This document shows, in pieces, positions 24,970 through 36,442 of a DNA stretch of 39,008 bases. The position numbers were made by a program, and so were the translations under genes. Source of the DNA: Xylographa opegraphella (lineage: Eukaryota); NCBI GenBank assembly GCA_022813865.1, contig JALDZX010000103.1, forward strand, positions 1-39,008, in the 5' to 3' direction. Numbering within the stretch: the stretch's first letter is position 1; each line of letters starts with the position of its first letter. The notes beneath the pieces are model-generated. The model saw only the letters and a list, made by a program, of their open reading frames with translations. It had not been told where the DNA came from and made no database searches.

Positions 24970-25212
24970 GAATTTATAATAAAAGTAACGAATATTTAAA
25001 AAAACGGTAAAACTTTTCTCATAAATTTTTATTTCAATACTTTCGAAGATATTAAAGCAGTATATAATTTTTAATGTATTAAATTATTTTAATTGCAACG
25101 TAATTGCTTTAAGAATAAAAAAGTGTAAATCGAATATCAATCGTTAATAAAATAATATTTCCGCTTTGATCAGTACAATATTCCCTCTTTAAATTTAATT
25201 TTAAAGGGTTTT

Positions 25213-25395
25213 TGTGACGGCTATGACATCAGTCACGGGTAATAGGGGTCGGGCTGGATCAGGACTAGCACCTTTAGTATATAGTGTCGCCCATGGAGCA
25301 GCCTCACCGCTTCTCCATCTTAATCTGGGTTGAAATCGTCCACCTAAAGCTTACGTTCTAGGCGTGCTTGCGTGGTGAGTTGATGAGCCATAACA
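25213..25395. mobile_element. Solo LTR, family A copy 2 (183 bp)
   Basis: TGTGA...TAACA ends; 5-bp TSD GTTTT on both sides. Confidence 0.9.
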
Positions 25396-25611
25396 GTTTT
25401 AACTTTTCACAACGTTATATATTAAGTGAGAGTTTTTTTCGCGCTGGATTACCTGGTTGTAGCGTAATTGCTTTGAAAATAAAAAAGTTTAAATTCAACT
25501 TTGATCGTGAATGGCGCAGTATTTCCGTGTCGAAATTAATACAATATTCTTTTTTTAAGTTTAATTTCCCCCGGGCCTTGATTTTTTACAACGTTGCATA
25601 TTAAGCGAGAG

Positions 25612-27046
25612 TATGCTGCGGCATGGGTTGGGTTAACCCACTGGATTATGAATTGGGTTGGGTCTGGGTTGAGTTCTGGGTTGGGTTGGGTTAACCCAGT
25701 CGCATAATTACATAAAATTATACTATACATAAAATTTATATAATACATTTTATAGTCATTTTTATAATAGTCGGGAATTTTTACGTCTACGCGTATATTA
25801 CACGCCTGCGTGGCCTGCACGCATTCACCACGCCTGCGAGCCTGCATGGGCTACGCGTATTTCATAATGATGGGCGCATTTTGCAGGCCTGCGCGCATTT
25901 CATCATAATAAACGAATTTCGCAGGCCTGCGCGCATGTTACACGCCTGCGGGCCTGCGTGATCTGCGTATATATTCGCTACGCCTGCGGGCCTGCATAGT
26001 CTGCGTAACCTGCGTACATTATATTATACTAGGCGAATTATACAAATTTATACGTATTCTGCAAGCCTGCGTGTATTTTGCGCTGCATTTTATTGATATA
26101 ATTATTATTATTTTTACAACTTTGCGCATTAAAGGCCTTCGTTTGCAATAAAAATTTGATTTATTAAAATCGAAAAATCTTTGCCGAACGCTAAATATTA
26201 TAATTAATTAAATATCGTAAAGCTTGCGTAAATTAAACCTTGAATTAACGTCGCTTAAAATTAATCTTTTTGAAATTCGATTTTTAAAATTAAAATATCG
26301 TAAACGAAGAATTTCGAATTCTGCGTTGCATTTTACAACGCAGATTTGTAATTCAAATTTGTAAAATACGCGCAGACCTGCGAAATTCGCCTATTAATGA
26401 AACACGCGCAGGCCTGCGAAATACGCCTATTATAATGAAATACGCGCAGGCCCGCAGACCCGCAGGCGTATAACATGCGCGCAGGTCAGCGAAATGCGCC
26501 TATTATGATGAAATACGCGCGCAGGCCACGCACGGCCCGCAGGCGTGGCGAATATACACGCAGGCCTGGTAAATACGTGCAGGCCTGCGAAATACGCCCA
26601 TTATGATGAAATGCGCGCAGGCCCGCAGGCGTATAACATGCGCGCAGGCCTGCGAAATGCGCCCATTATAATGAAATGCCCGCAGGCCCGCAGGCCCGCA
26701 GGCGAATAACATGCGCGCAGACCTGCGAAATGCGCCCATTATAATGAAATATGCGCACGCTACGCAGGCCCACAGGCCACGCAGACGTATAATATGCGCG
26801 CAGGCCTGGTGAATGCGTGCAGGCCCACGGGTCACGCAGGCGTAAAAATTCGCGACTATTATAAAGATGGTTATAAAACTTTATTATACAAATTCTATGC
26901 ATAGTATAATTTTATATAATTATGCGACTGGGTTAACCCAGCCCAACCCATAAAAAAACCCAACCCAACCCACAAATAACCCAACCCAGGGTGGGTTGAG
27001 TTATCAACTCAATAACCCAGCCCAACCCAACCAATGCCGCAGTGTA
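25612..27046. mobile_element. Non-autonomous hAT-like foldback element (1435 bp)
   Basis: 8-bp TSD AGCGAGAG (25604-25611) / AGTGAGAG (27047-27054); termini TATGCTGCGGCAT vs rc TACACTGCGGCAT; inverted arms of several hundred bp with GGGTT/AACCC arrays and GCAGGCCTGC-type internal repeats. Confidence 0.8.
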
Positions 27047-27322
27047 AGTGAGAGATTTTTTTATGCTGAATTATTTAATTGCAGCGTAACTACTTTAAGG
27101 ATAAAGGGGTCCAAATTAAACATCGGGCGCTAGTGGGCAAATAATCCGCTCCGGGGTATACTTTATTTCCTATCCAAGTTTAGCTCCAGGGGGTCTTGGC
27201 TCTCCCAAACGCTGCATATTGAGCGAGAGGTCCCCTCGCGCTGGATCACCTGGTAGTAAATCAAAATCGAATTTACTGGGCGTTCGACAGGATGTTTTAA
27301 TCTATATTTACTGAACCTTAAA

Positions 27323-27553
27323 TGTAACGGCGTGTTACATGGCACCTTAACAAGTGATAGACGGAACGGGACTAAAGCGCGTCCGGGACTCAGGCTAGTT
27401 CGAAAGCGGTTAGGAGTCTTGGCGTTAGCACTGTTTATTTTAACTTATACGTGTATTACTAAACTTGCTTCCTTGTATTATTCTAGGTTGAAATCGCTCA
27501 CCTATAGCTGTGGTTCTAGGCCTGCTTTTCTGGTGAGATAGCGAGCCGTAACA
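27323..27553 (+). mobile_element. Solo LTR, family C (231 bp)
   Basis: TGTAACGGC...GCCGTAACA ends; 5-bp TSD TTAAA on both sides; second copy inverted at 38948-39008. Strand is relative only. Confidence 0.9.
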
Positions 27554-27794
27554 TTAAATAGGTTTAATCTATTCAATTTACCGAGTTGTAAAACGGCACC
27601 TAACTATTTTCCTTACATATATGTTGGAAATCCTCGGCTCTAAGAGATTTGACTTCGGAGACGCCATTAGTTAGGTTTAAGGCTCTGTGCTTCCAGGCCA
27701 TACACGGATATTTACGCCCAAATTTTAGGTGAATTGATTTCTCCTTATACTCATGTAACGCTAGGACTTCCATGGGCTACTGTGAGACATTCTG

Positions 27795-30632
27795 CTATGA
27801 ACGCTCTTGATGCTCCATCCAAATGGTCTTCGACCTTGCTTCCTCTTCCTGCGCGACACACCAGCTGGGTTCGGTCATGTTAGGAGTTTCGCCGTCATCA
27901 TTCGTGTCAAAGTGGTGACTCGACCTAGCTCGAGGTGAGGGAGAACGATTTTGACACCCTCTCTCAGTAATTGTATCATTAGTTGCTGAACGTATAGAAT
28001 ATCCTCCTCCTCCTTCCACTTCTGCTTCCTCATCCTCGTCCGATTTTATATTATCAATGAAATCTCCGTAACCGTCGTCAAGTGGACTGGCCGATTCAGA
28101 ATCTAGAGGAGCCTCCACGACGAGGACGCCTGCGACATGCCCAATTTGGTCTGATTTGTAATTCCCAGAGAAACGTTGCGGTAAGGGTGGCGCGGACTGT
28201 TGAATAGCGGACGTGCTCATCTGACGACGTTCTGGTAGTAATGGAGGAGGTAGTGGCTTCCGTTTCGGAATAGCAATGGGTGTGGCATAACGCTTGTCAG
28301 GACGAGGCAGAGGCTGACCAGGTGGCGGAAGGGGTCGCCCACGGCCTATTGGATGTGCAGGTATACCCTCTCGTTCAGCTTCATCTCCATAGCGACTGTT
28401 GCTTCCTTGCTGAGTACTGCGTGTGATTGCATTCCATCCCCATTTCTTTGCAACGGCGGCCGCTGCGCCAATGGATGGGAGTGCTTTTTTCTTGTCGAGA
28501 TCCAAAGGACGTGCTCTAGATACCCCAGAAGCTTGGTGGTCGTTCCCAGGCTCAGGAGGAAAGATTTTATCTTGGAGGTCGTCATTTGCAGTGGTCGCCG
28601 CTCGGTCCAGCAAGTCGCTATGGTCTAGAATGGTGGCTTGCGATGCACTTAGTCCCAGATCCATACTTGTATTTGATGTTATTTGAGAACAACTTCCAGA
28701 CTTCTGAGTACCATATGCAGATGTGGGTCTTGAGCTCGAGTATTCTACTGGCGTTTCATATGGAGAAATAGGTTGAGAACGGTTAGAGATCTCGGTCATG
28801 ATACTAGTAGCATCTTTCGATCCTTTGATCTTCGTCTCATTGCTTGGTGATTCTACATTGGCATTATCCATACTGAGAATGGGATGTGCGGCAGCAGCAA
28901 AAGAACGCGATCGAATGGCTTTAGGAAGCTCGGATTTTTGCTGCGCGCCAGTCGAAGATGCTAAACCGATACTTTCGGTTGATTGACTCGACTTATGCAT
29001 CCTCTGAGAGACTGAAGATATTGTGTTGTCAACAAGAGCGGGCATACTGAGCAGACGATCGTCTTTACCATTGGAAGGCATGGATTCTGGGGAGCTCGAC
29101 CCACTTACAGACTCAACCTGCACGTCGTGATCAGCTATTTTGCCCGATATACTGGTCGTCCGCGACATAGAGAGAGGTTGGCAGTGCTCATCCGTCCAAA
29201 TGCCTCCACGATATCGTTGGTGCGCTGTGTTGAAAAAGGGACTATCGTCCCAATGTGGGAGCACTATGGTTTCCGCAATGACTTCTCTTATCCTGTTCTC
29301 TATAGCTCGAAGGATTATGCCATACGTGATTTGCCTCGAACTGACAATTGGCTCAATGGTCATTTCTATGTGGGGCATACTCTGAAATGAGATCCATATT
29401 CGATTGCTTGGAGGTGGCTTGATGCGCACAAGCACGTGGCCCTCGAGCTTTTTCACCACGACAGCCAGGACAAGATTAACCTCCCGGGCTTTGAAGCGGG
29501 TTCCTAGGTCGATCCGAGCCGTCGCAGCGATTTCTAATCTGAAGTTTCCATCATACTTGAAATCTGCTTCAACACAGCAATCTCCGTCTACCGTGAGGTC
29601 CTTCAAGTGGGGGTTTGTAATGTGTGGAGCACCTTCTCCCAAGTCCACCTTTTGTAAAGATATTCCAGACAAGAAGGCCGGCTTCCTGACACGTGCAATC
29701 TTCTTGGTAATCTTCATGCAGACAATATCTTCAAGATCCTGCGTTTTATAAACGGCTAGAAAGGCTCTTCCCACCATTGCATTGACCCATCGTGTCTGTA
29801 GATGTTCTTCGGAAGAGTGTAGTCTCTGTACGAGTGATATGATGTCTTTCACCTCGAAATGTTGCGGCGGTGGTGGACTGTTTGGATCACCACCTTGACG
29901 ATCTTGGTTCTGTAAGAGCGCGAAATAGAAGTCCTCCTTATCGGAGCAATTTTCTGAGAATAGAAAAAAAGGCTTAGTGGAAGAACCGGTATCTGCGATA
30001 TTCTCTTTTCGGGTAAGCTGGATTGCATTACGCTTGATCCAAAGTTCACCCTCAGGTATCTCGTTGCCACCACTGTATATGCTCACATCGTGGTGTGCTA
30101 GAGAGATAACGTGGCGAACCTCTACCTGCTCCAAATCATCGTATAGCATGAGGTGCCCATGTCGAAGGACCACGTAGAAGACATTCCGGGCTTTCTTGGT
30201 AGACCTGCCATTACCCCTGTTGTTCTCCAAAGTAGGCGCTTGTTTCCTATCGAATAGACTTCTGTACATACTCTGGTACACAGTAGGGCTTTCTTCCGCT
30301 ATAGCTTCTCCTGCGGGTGTGGTTCTTTCAGGTGGCTTCCCATTGACACCGCCTGGAACATATTCTCTGCAAACAGCGAAGTACCCCTCCGCCACGTCAG
30401 GCTCATGACCCCTTTGAAATTGCTGGGCAATTGCAGCGGGACCGGACTTGATAACATTATCGTCATCATTGTCGCGCCGGATGGGATCCGTGCTTATGGA
30501 CGGGCTTGCCAACTCTGACTGCCGTAGCGGGAAGGTGAGATATCCATGTAGGACAATGACACCGAGGACGATGGGAAGAAATGTTAGACCACCAGACAGA
30601 TATATCAAGATAAACACGATAGAGCTGACCAT
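27795..30632 (-). CDS. NVJ2: Membrane contact-site lipid transfer protein (N-terminal TM, PH, SMP domain), Nvj2/TEX2-like, single exon
   Basis: ATG 30632 MVSSIVFILIYLSGGLTFLP (TM); FYVVLRHGHLMLYDD (PH), CSDKEDFYFAL, TRWVNAMVGRAF, IKPPPSNRIWISF, IEPIVSSRQIT (SMP). Confidence 0.85.
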   Translation of the reverse strand: MVSSIVFILIYLSGGLTFLPIVLGVIVLHGYLTFPLRQSELASPSISTDPIRRDNDDDNVIKSGPAAIAQQFQRGHEPDVAEGYFAVCREYVPGGVNGKPPERTTPAGEAIAEESPTVYQSMYRSLFDRKQAPTLENNRGNGRSTKKARNVFYVVLRHGHLMLYDDLEQVEVRHVISLAHHDVSIYSGGNEIPEGELWIKRNAIQLTRKENIADTGSSTKPFFLFSENCSDKEDFYFALLQNQDRQGGDPNSPPPPQHFEVKDIISLVQRLHSSEEHLQTRWVNAMVGRAFLAVYKTQDLEDIVCMKITKKIARVRKPAFLSGISLQKVDLGEGAPHITNPHLKDLTVDGDCCVEADFKYDGNFRLEIAATARIDLGTRFKAREVNLVLAVVVKKLEGHVLVRIKPPPSNRIWISFQSMPHIEMTIEPIVSSRQITYGIILRAIENRIREVIAETIVLPHWDDSPFFNTAHQRYRGGIWTDEHCQPLSMSRTTSISGKIADHDVQVESVSGSSSPESMPSNGKDDRLLSMPALVDNTISSVSQRMHKSSQSTESIGLASSTGAQQKSELPKAIRSRSFAAAAHPILSMDNANVESPSNETKIKGSKDATSIMTEISNRSQPISPYETPVEYSSSRPTSAYGTQKSGSCSQITSNTSMDLGLSASQATILDHSDLLDRAATTANDDLQDKIFPPEPGNDHQASGVSRARPLDLDKKKALPSIGAAAAVAKKWGWNAITRSTQQGSNSRYGDEAEREGIPAHPIGRGRPLPPPGQPLPRPDKRYATPIAIPKRKPLPPPLLPERRQMSTSAIQQSAPPLPQRFSGNYKSDQIGHVAGVLVVEAPLDSESASPLDDGYGDFIDNIKSDEDEEAEVEGGGGYSIRSATNDTITERGCQNRSPSPRARSSHHFDTNDDGETPNMTEPSWCVAQEEEARSKTIWMEHQERS

Positions 30633-30775
30633 CCCGTCAATGAGTACTTCGTTTCCCTTTGCGACGCATGATAGCACAGCATCAGCTCGGGATAGATTTC
30701 CAGCGCGGTATATGACAACGTACGCTTCCGAGCTAGCAACGCCGGGGATCGATATTCACCGCCTTCAGCCCCGAG

Positions 30776-30844
30776 ATTGAAGAGCTGCAATTGAAGAGCT
30801 GCAATTGAAGAGCTGCAATTGAAGAGCTGCAATTGAAGAGCTGC
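30776..30844. repeat. 14-bp tandem repeat ATTGAAGAGCTGCA x ~5
   Basis: Perfect units 144-212 bp upstream of the NVJ2-like ATG. Confidence 0.95.
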
Positions 30845-31062
30845 TTGGGCTGTGCTCTCAACTAGGAAGGGTAGCCAGAGCTTTTGGTGCAGGTCCTCAT
30901 GCTGAACAAAAAAGTTGTCCTACTGCTACGGTCCGCAACGCTCGGCCTAGCTAATTATAAACAAAGTCTGTACGTCCGTATCCGAACAACTAGAACATCC
31001 AGTACTTCTCAAGCATCACGTCTCTATTGTTTATCTGCTGAAAGGTGTGTCCAATATTTTGA

Positions 31063-34000
31063 CTACCAGTCCATCACGTCTCCAATATTGTCCTTGACAT
31101 ATGCCATTGTAGGTTGTATTATCATCCTTGTGCTGCCCAAACCTGCCCTGTGTCTCGTCCTCGTATAGAAGACTGGGCAGTCTTTACTATCGCATCTGAC
31201 ATCTTCACCCCAAGCAAGCCCAGCACAGGATCTGCAAACCTTCTCCAGCTGGAATGCCTTTGCTTCCGCTTTGTTGAGGTCGGACTGCAGTTTCACAAGA
31301 GCGATTTCCGGGAGCTGCATACAGTCGGTACAGATGGGTAGCTCGGCTTCGAGTTTTCGTTGACATACAAGGCAAGCCGATGACTTCATGTACGAGTCGA
31401 GAGTCTTCTTCAGGAGCGGGAGTTCATTTCCCTCGGTATGAGGTACTCCTTCAACTCGGCGAATGCGTTGGTATTTGGGCATTTCGTCGTACCAATGCCG
31501 GACATTGGCCCCAACGAGGTTGAAAATCCGCTCGAGCGGTGGAATCAAATTTTTCGTGATATAGTATTCTGCATCTATCTCATAATGATCACTTTGAAGC
31601 AGGACTTCGGGTGCCACACATCGGTCGATCAGGCGGGCCCCTGGTACACCAGTAACTACAACATAAGGGATACGTTCCCCATACTGTGGCTCAGCTCTAG
31701 GGTCCTCAAGCATCCTGCGGGTACTGATCAATGCTCCTGGTGGAGGGGGCACCTTGTCGCTGTACGTACCAAGCTTAACCTCCTTAGCAAAGCAGAAATC
31801 TTGAATAGAGACTTTGCCCTTCATGATTTTGGCACATTGAGCTTGAAAGTAGTCTTTGACTTGGCTCAAATCTGCTGTACGAAATAAAATTTTCAGAGCA
31901 TTTTCCTCAATCTTTTGCTCTGCAGGTGTCCCATCGCGACGCACTGTCTCGATACCTTTTGCGTCAAAGTCCGGTTCTTGCTGTGCCTTGCTTTCGTACT
32001 TGAAGCCAACATACCGCTTCTTGGCCAGAAGCACACATGGGAAGTACACCTTTTCAAATTTGAGCTTTACTGGCCTTGGATTCATGTCTGTGATTGATTT
32101 TGCGATCTCATTACCAATGTCAAACGCCTCATCTTTTGTGCGGCCTTTCAGGTACACGAAGAGACTATCGGTGTCTCCATAGACGACCTCGGCGCCCCAT
32201 TTTTCTACGGAATGTATCAGCGCAATGGCTTTCTCCAACGTCTCCCGACCAGTTTGGACGATGGAATCAGCAATCTCAGAACAAGGCATGCGACCCGAGA
32301 AAGACGCAGATGTATAGCCATATGTGACGTTGGCGATCAATTTTAGGGCCAGCTGCCTATTGTTGAGCAAGCGCTGCAATGCTTTGTCGTCCTTGTCGAC
32401 CTTCATTCCGCTTTTCACCATAACACGAGTTTCCAGGATCTCACCCAGCATTTTCGCGAGCAAAGACTTACGTATCTCAGGCCTTACATACATCATACCA
32501 TTCGGAGCGATATTGATGTGGTCTTTCAAGAGCTCAAGCAATCGGGCTTCTCTTTTATAGTCGGTAAATCCCATCTTGTTCTGCCCACGCCAGTTGACAA
32601 CACGTCCTAAAAATGTTGAATAGCAGTAATTGTAAGCAATCATAACACTTGGATATAGAGACTGAAAGTCGAGTACCAGCAAGGGGCTAGTATAGAATGC
32701 GCTTTGCGGCTCCATCACCAAAGATAAGCACTCCAAAGCATTTTGCTGTCCAACCTGATTGCGACTCGGCGATACGAGGATTAAGTTCTCGGGTTTCGCG
32801 ATTCGACATATGAGCGACTCAACCTTGAACTGAGAGCCTCTCGAAAATACAGAAAAGAAGTCAACCCCGAGAAGGCGTGCTTGCTCGCTGGTCCGAGGTA
32901 TCAGCTCACTCTGCTCTAGGATCTCGAGATCAAGTTGTACACGGGACACGAAATAGTCAATCACCATCGACAGATCTCTAGACTTGCCGGTATTGTACCA
33001 TTTCGTGAGGTTAACGAAAGAATAATGGGGTATTCGACGATGCAGCAGATGAAAGGCAATGTTTTCCATCGTATATTGAAGTAGATTCAGCTCGCCACGC
33101 ATAGCCCGCCACACATTAATCACATGTCTACCTGTGATGCGGATGGTCGAAGTTTGGTTGAAGCCCCACTTGTCGTTTTCCTTCCCGAAGCGACCGTGAG
33201 ACAATGATTTCACCCGGGAGAATTCGTCACAGAGGTCGTAATCGTACTTGATTCGAGCTCTTTCGATCACGTAACCCCAAGAACCTCCATGTACTTCGAA
33301 GCCTGTCAGTATATCCGGGTCATAACTTCGAACTAGCTCAATCATGCGGTTGATCATATCCAATTCAGTTTGCTCTACTTCAACCTCTGCTGAAGTCTGC
33401 TTGGAGATCTTGCGTCCCAATTCTCCAGATTCTGATAGCGCTAGGACCCCGACATGGGTACCTTTCAAGGCGCTATTGATATCAAGTCCTTCGCCGTCGG
33501 ACTGAAGACCCCAAAATATGCAGGATATTTCATCTTGCTCAGGATCTGGGACCAGGCTACCCCGGGTGTTTACATGTATCTCAAGACTCATGATACTCAT
33601 ATATTGAGTTTCGTGCTGAACACTGGTGGAGGATTGTTTTTGCGAGTACTTGAAGCCGTACTTGTTATTTTGTGTCGGCCCATCAACCTGAGAGAAAGCG
33701 TCTTGTCCCCCCTGTTCAGGATTTTCCGCCTGTGAGCTTGTGGAATCCTTGCCAGCAACAATCCAGCGATGAACTTCAAATCGGGTCGGAGGCGATTCGC
33801 CAATCTCCCATGTCTTTATGGTACAAGATCGTCGGAGCTTTCGAATTCGTTTCTCATCAACGTATTGATCAATTCCAACACCCAATTTCTCTCCTAAAGA
33901 TGCAACCGATTCCTTATCAGCGTCAAAATTTGGCAGGTAAGAAGCTGTAATACTCCCGAGCTTGAACTCTCTTCCAGCGTATTCTCGTGGACGTTCCGGA

Positions 34001-36311
34001 ACGTCTTCCTCATTGGAATAGAAGGCATCCTGATAGATGATAGAAGCATTCTTTAAGATTTGCATGATACTGGACACCTCTACCTCGCTGGGAGGGAAGC
34101 CTGCAAAAATGGACATCCGCTGTGAAGTAGATATGTTAAAAGTTTTGCACACCTCAGAGGCCATGATAGTGACCCAGGAAGTAGGGCCGGGGAACACCTT
34201 TTCAGTAGCGACACTCGGAGATGGATCCAAACTGACGGGTAAAGCATGTATCGAAGCTTCAGAGGGCTCGAAAGCACCATTTGCCCCCAGAGAACCCGGC
34301 GGACTTTTACCCGGGCCTTTTGCTTGTTGACAAAGTCTTTGCATGGCATGAGGATCTTGTGGATCCTTTACTACGCAGAATGGAAGCTTACTATATTCAC
34401 GATGCACGTTGACCCTCTTTGCAAACATTTTGTTTGCAGGGAAGCGCATAATACCAATCGAAGAAGCGCTGGCTGGCTGATGTGTAGCCTCCTCAGCAAC
34501 ATCCGCAGAGGTAACCATAACACCGTTTGGGGGTACCTTGGTAGAACGTGTCACAGCTGGAAGCGGTGAGAGGATTGTAGAGGTTTCTAACGTAGTACGT
34601 GCCGACTTGGCGAGTTCTGAAGGAAATTCATCGTGCACGATTTTTTGGCGCTTCAAAGGACGCGCCAATACTAAAGTAGATGACTTCGCACGCCTGTGCT
34701 GAATGATGGCCGAGCTCAGATCGCCAGTATATTCCCGCGGAATATTGAAAGCATCCTCTGGCCCGTAGTCGTAATTTCCAGGGTCGCAGATGCCCTCCGT
34801 CTCAAGTTCTGAAGAGCTGCTTGGGCCGACATAACCCGTATCAGGCGCCAGCACCTTTGTGGTTGTTGATAGCTTCTCAACAGTAGACACACTATCAAGC
34901 TCTGCCACAGCGCCATGCGGGACCAAGTGTCCGTCTGTAGGCTCATTATCCTCTTGTTGTTCCTGTATCAGTCCCAATTCACGTGCGACATCTTCGTCCG
35001 AGTTATATAGGATTTCATCATGCGCAATTGCAAGGATACGACGCTCGTCGACTTCGATATACCCTGATTCAATCCGACTCAGATTTTCCATACTTGTGAT
35101 CCTCGCCTCTTCTTTGGCTTTCAATTTTGCGAGATTCGCCGGGAACAGGTCCTCTGTACTTTCGAAAGCAGTTTGTATTGATTGTTCAAATCGACTGGTC
35201 TGGATAAAGTTATGAAAGCCTATATCCCTTCCGTCACTTTGATCCGTCTCGTCTCTTAACACTTCGTGCATCTTCCTTTTATATTCATCGGAGTGTATCC
35301 AGCCATTATTCTGGGTGCTGCGAGGGTCGGCTGATACAGATGCAAGAACTTCGGGCGGAAATGGGCTACTCCCATCGTCCACCATCCCCATCCGTGCTTT
35401 TCTTCTTCGAGCCTCATCTCGCCACAACCCAGCCATACTGTGTACCAGCTTTTCTTCCGCTACTAAGGGACTAGCCTTTTCGACGAAATCGTGATGCAAG
35501 AGTCTTGCTTTCGTCTCGCAACGATTCATAATATCCTGAACGCAAACATCCACCTCGAGAGAACAATGACTTTGCCGAGGCAAAGCCGCTTCATCGGATA
35601 TTAGGTTTTTAGGTATCGTTCGATCATGCCAGTGATGTGTTGTATTATTCATTTCAAGGTATTCTGGGACAGGACCACGAAAGACCACCTTACTGCAATC
35701 AATGTAGGCGCAACCGTAAAGGTTGTAATCACACATCCATTGCAATATATACTGTATGTGACTTTCGTAAGGCTGTAAAGCTGTCTTCATCACGGTGCCT
35801 TGCCGGAGGAGATCCGTCAAACGAGTCATGTGTAATGGATTAAGTAAATAGATCTTGAGAAAGTAGTTGTAACCAACATGATAGCCATAGAACGGGATCC
35901 CTTTCACAAGTGTAATATGCGCGACGAATGCCGACTTACCATCATCTAAATTCCTGCGATAACTAACGGCCAATGCATGGTCAATGGACAGGCGAAGTCG
36001 GCGAATATAGATGTCAACTGGCACGGATCAGCAGTTCATTCGATGAATTACTTACTGAACCTACCATCTTCTGATTCTAGGCTTCCACCATATTCGATAT
36101 AGAGATAAGGGAATGCGCCATGGATATGGGCACATACTTTCTGTCCTGTTGCAGTGGCACCGAAAACTCTAATGACCGGCACTCTGGGCACTGGGTACTG
36201 ATGATTTTGCTCACAATCTTGTTCCTGACTGCGAAATAATTGCGGATCGTACACAGTCGGCATGCCTTGATAGTGATCGACACAGTTCAAGCGGACGCGA
36301 AAGATGTCCAT
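31063..36311 (-). CDS. REV3: DNA polymerase zeta catalytic subunit, one intron 36064-36018
   Basis: VPVIRVFGAT..GQKVCAHIHGAFPYLY N-terminus; PolB motifs LDFQSLYPS, KLIANVTYGY, YGDTDS; C-terminal CysA/CysB clusters. Confidence 0.97.
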
Positions 36312-36442
36312 AGAAGTGTGGAGAGACCAATCCCACCAAGCTAAAAGGTACGGATTGCATGACGAACTTTACTCGGCCTGATATCTCAACCAGCTCAATG
36401 TTTCTTGCAAGTTAGATACTGGGTCCTATGCTAGGGAAAAAA

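Larger units (their letters stand above)
25094..27253 (+). repeat. Three head-to-tail ~180-bp units with asymmetric inverted repeat plus 3' hairpin (Helitron2/HINE-like), interrupted by an LTR and an hAT-like element
   Basis: Units start tgcaacgta (~25094), tgtagcgta (~25458), tgcagcgta (27080); each ends acgctgcatatt-agcgagagg..cctcgcgct-ggatcacctgg or a RIP-mutated version. Confidence 0.6.
21905..27600. mobile_element. RIP-degraded DNA transposon shell, PIF/Harbinger-like, hosting nested insertions
   Basis: TAA on both sides (21902-21904, 27601-27603); imperfect TIRs GGGCCTGTTCTGCAACT vs rc GGTGCCGTTTTACAACT (12/17); shared inverted subterminal motif ggtt(t/c)agtaaat; interior AT-rich with no readable transposase. 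Confidence 0.55.

Noticed and set aside
22383..25395. The two 183-bp direct repeats as paired LTRs of one retrotransposon
   Set aside because: Each copy has its own different TSD on both sides (AACAG vs GTTTT), so they are independent solo LTRs.
25790..26850. GCAGGCCTGC repeats as a CRISPR array, or ORFs 25536-25847 and 26503-26835 as genes
   Set aside because: Eukaryotic context, no unique spacers of regular length; the ORFs are translations of degenerate repeats.
25625..27035. GGGTT/AACCC arrays as telomeric repeats
   Set aside because: Unit is 5 bp, not TTAGGG, and sits symmetrically within TSD-bounded inverted arms.
21827..27734. A further outer inverted repeat (attcac.taaa..gcgtaaata) around the TE block
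   Set aside because: Match is short and gapped, with no TSD identified.
27795..36311. Numerous antisense and overlapping short ORFs within NVJ2-like and REV3 (and other genes)
   Set aside because: Shadow frames of long coding sequences with no independent motifs.
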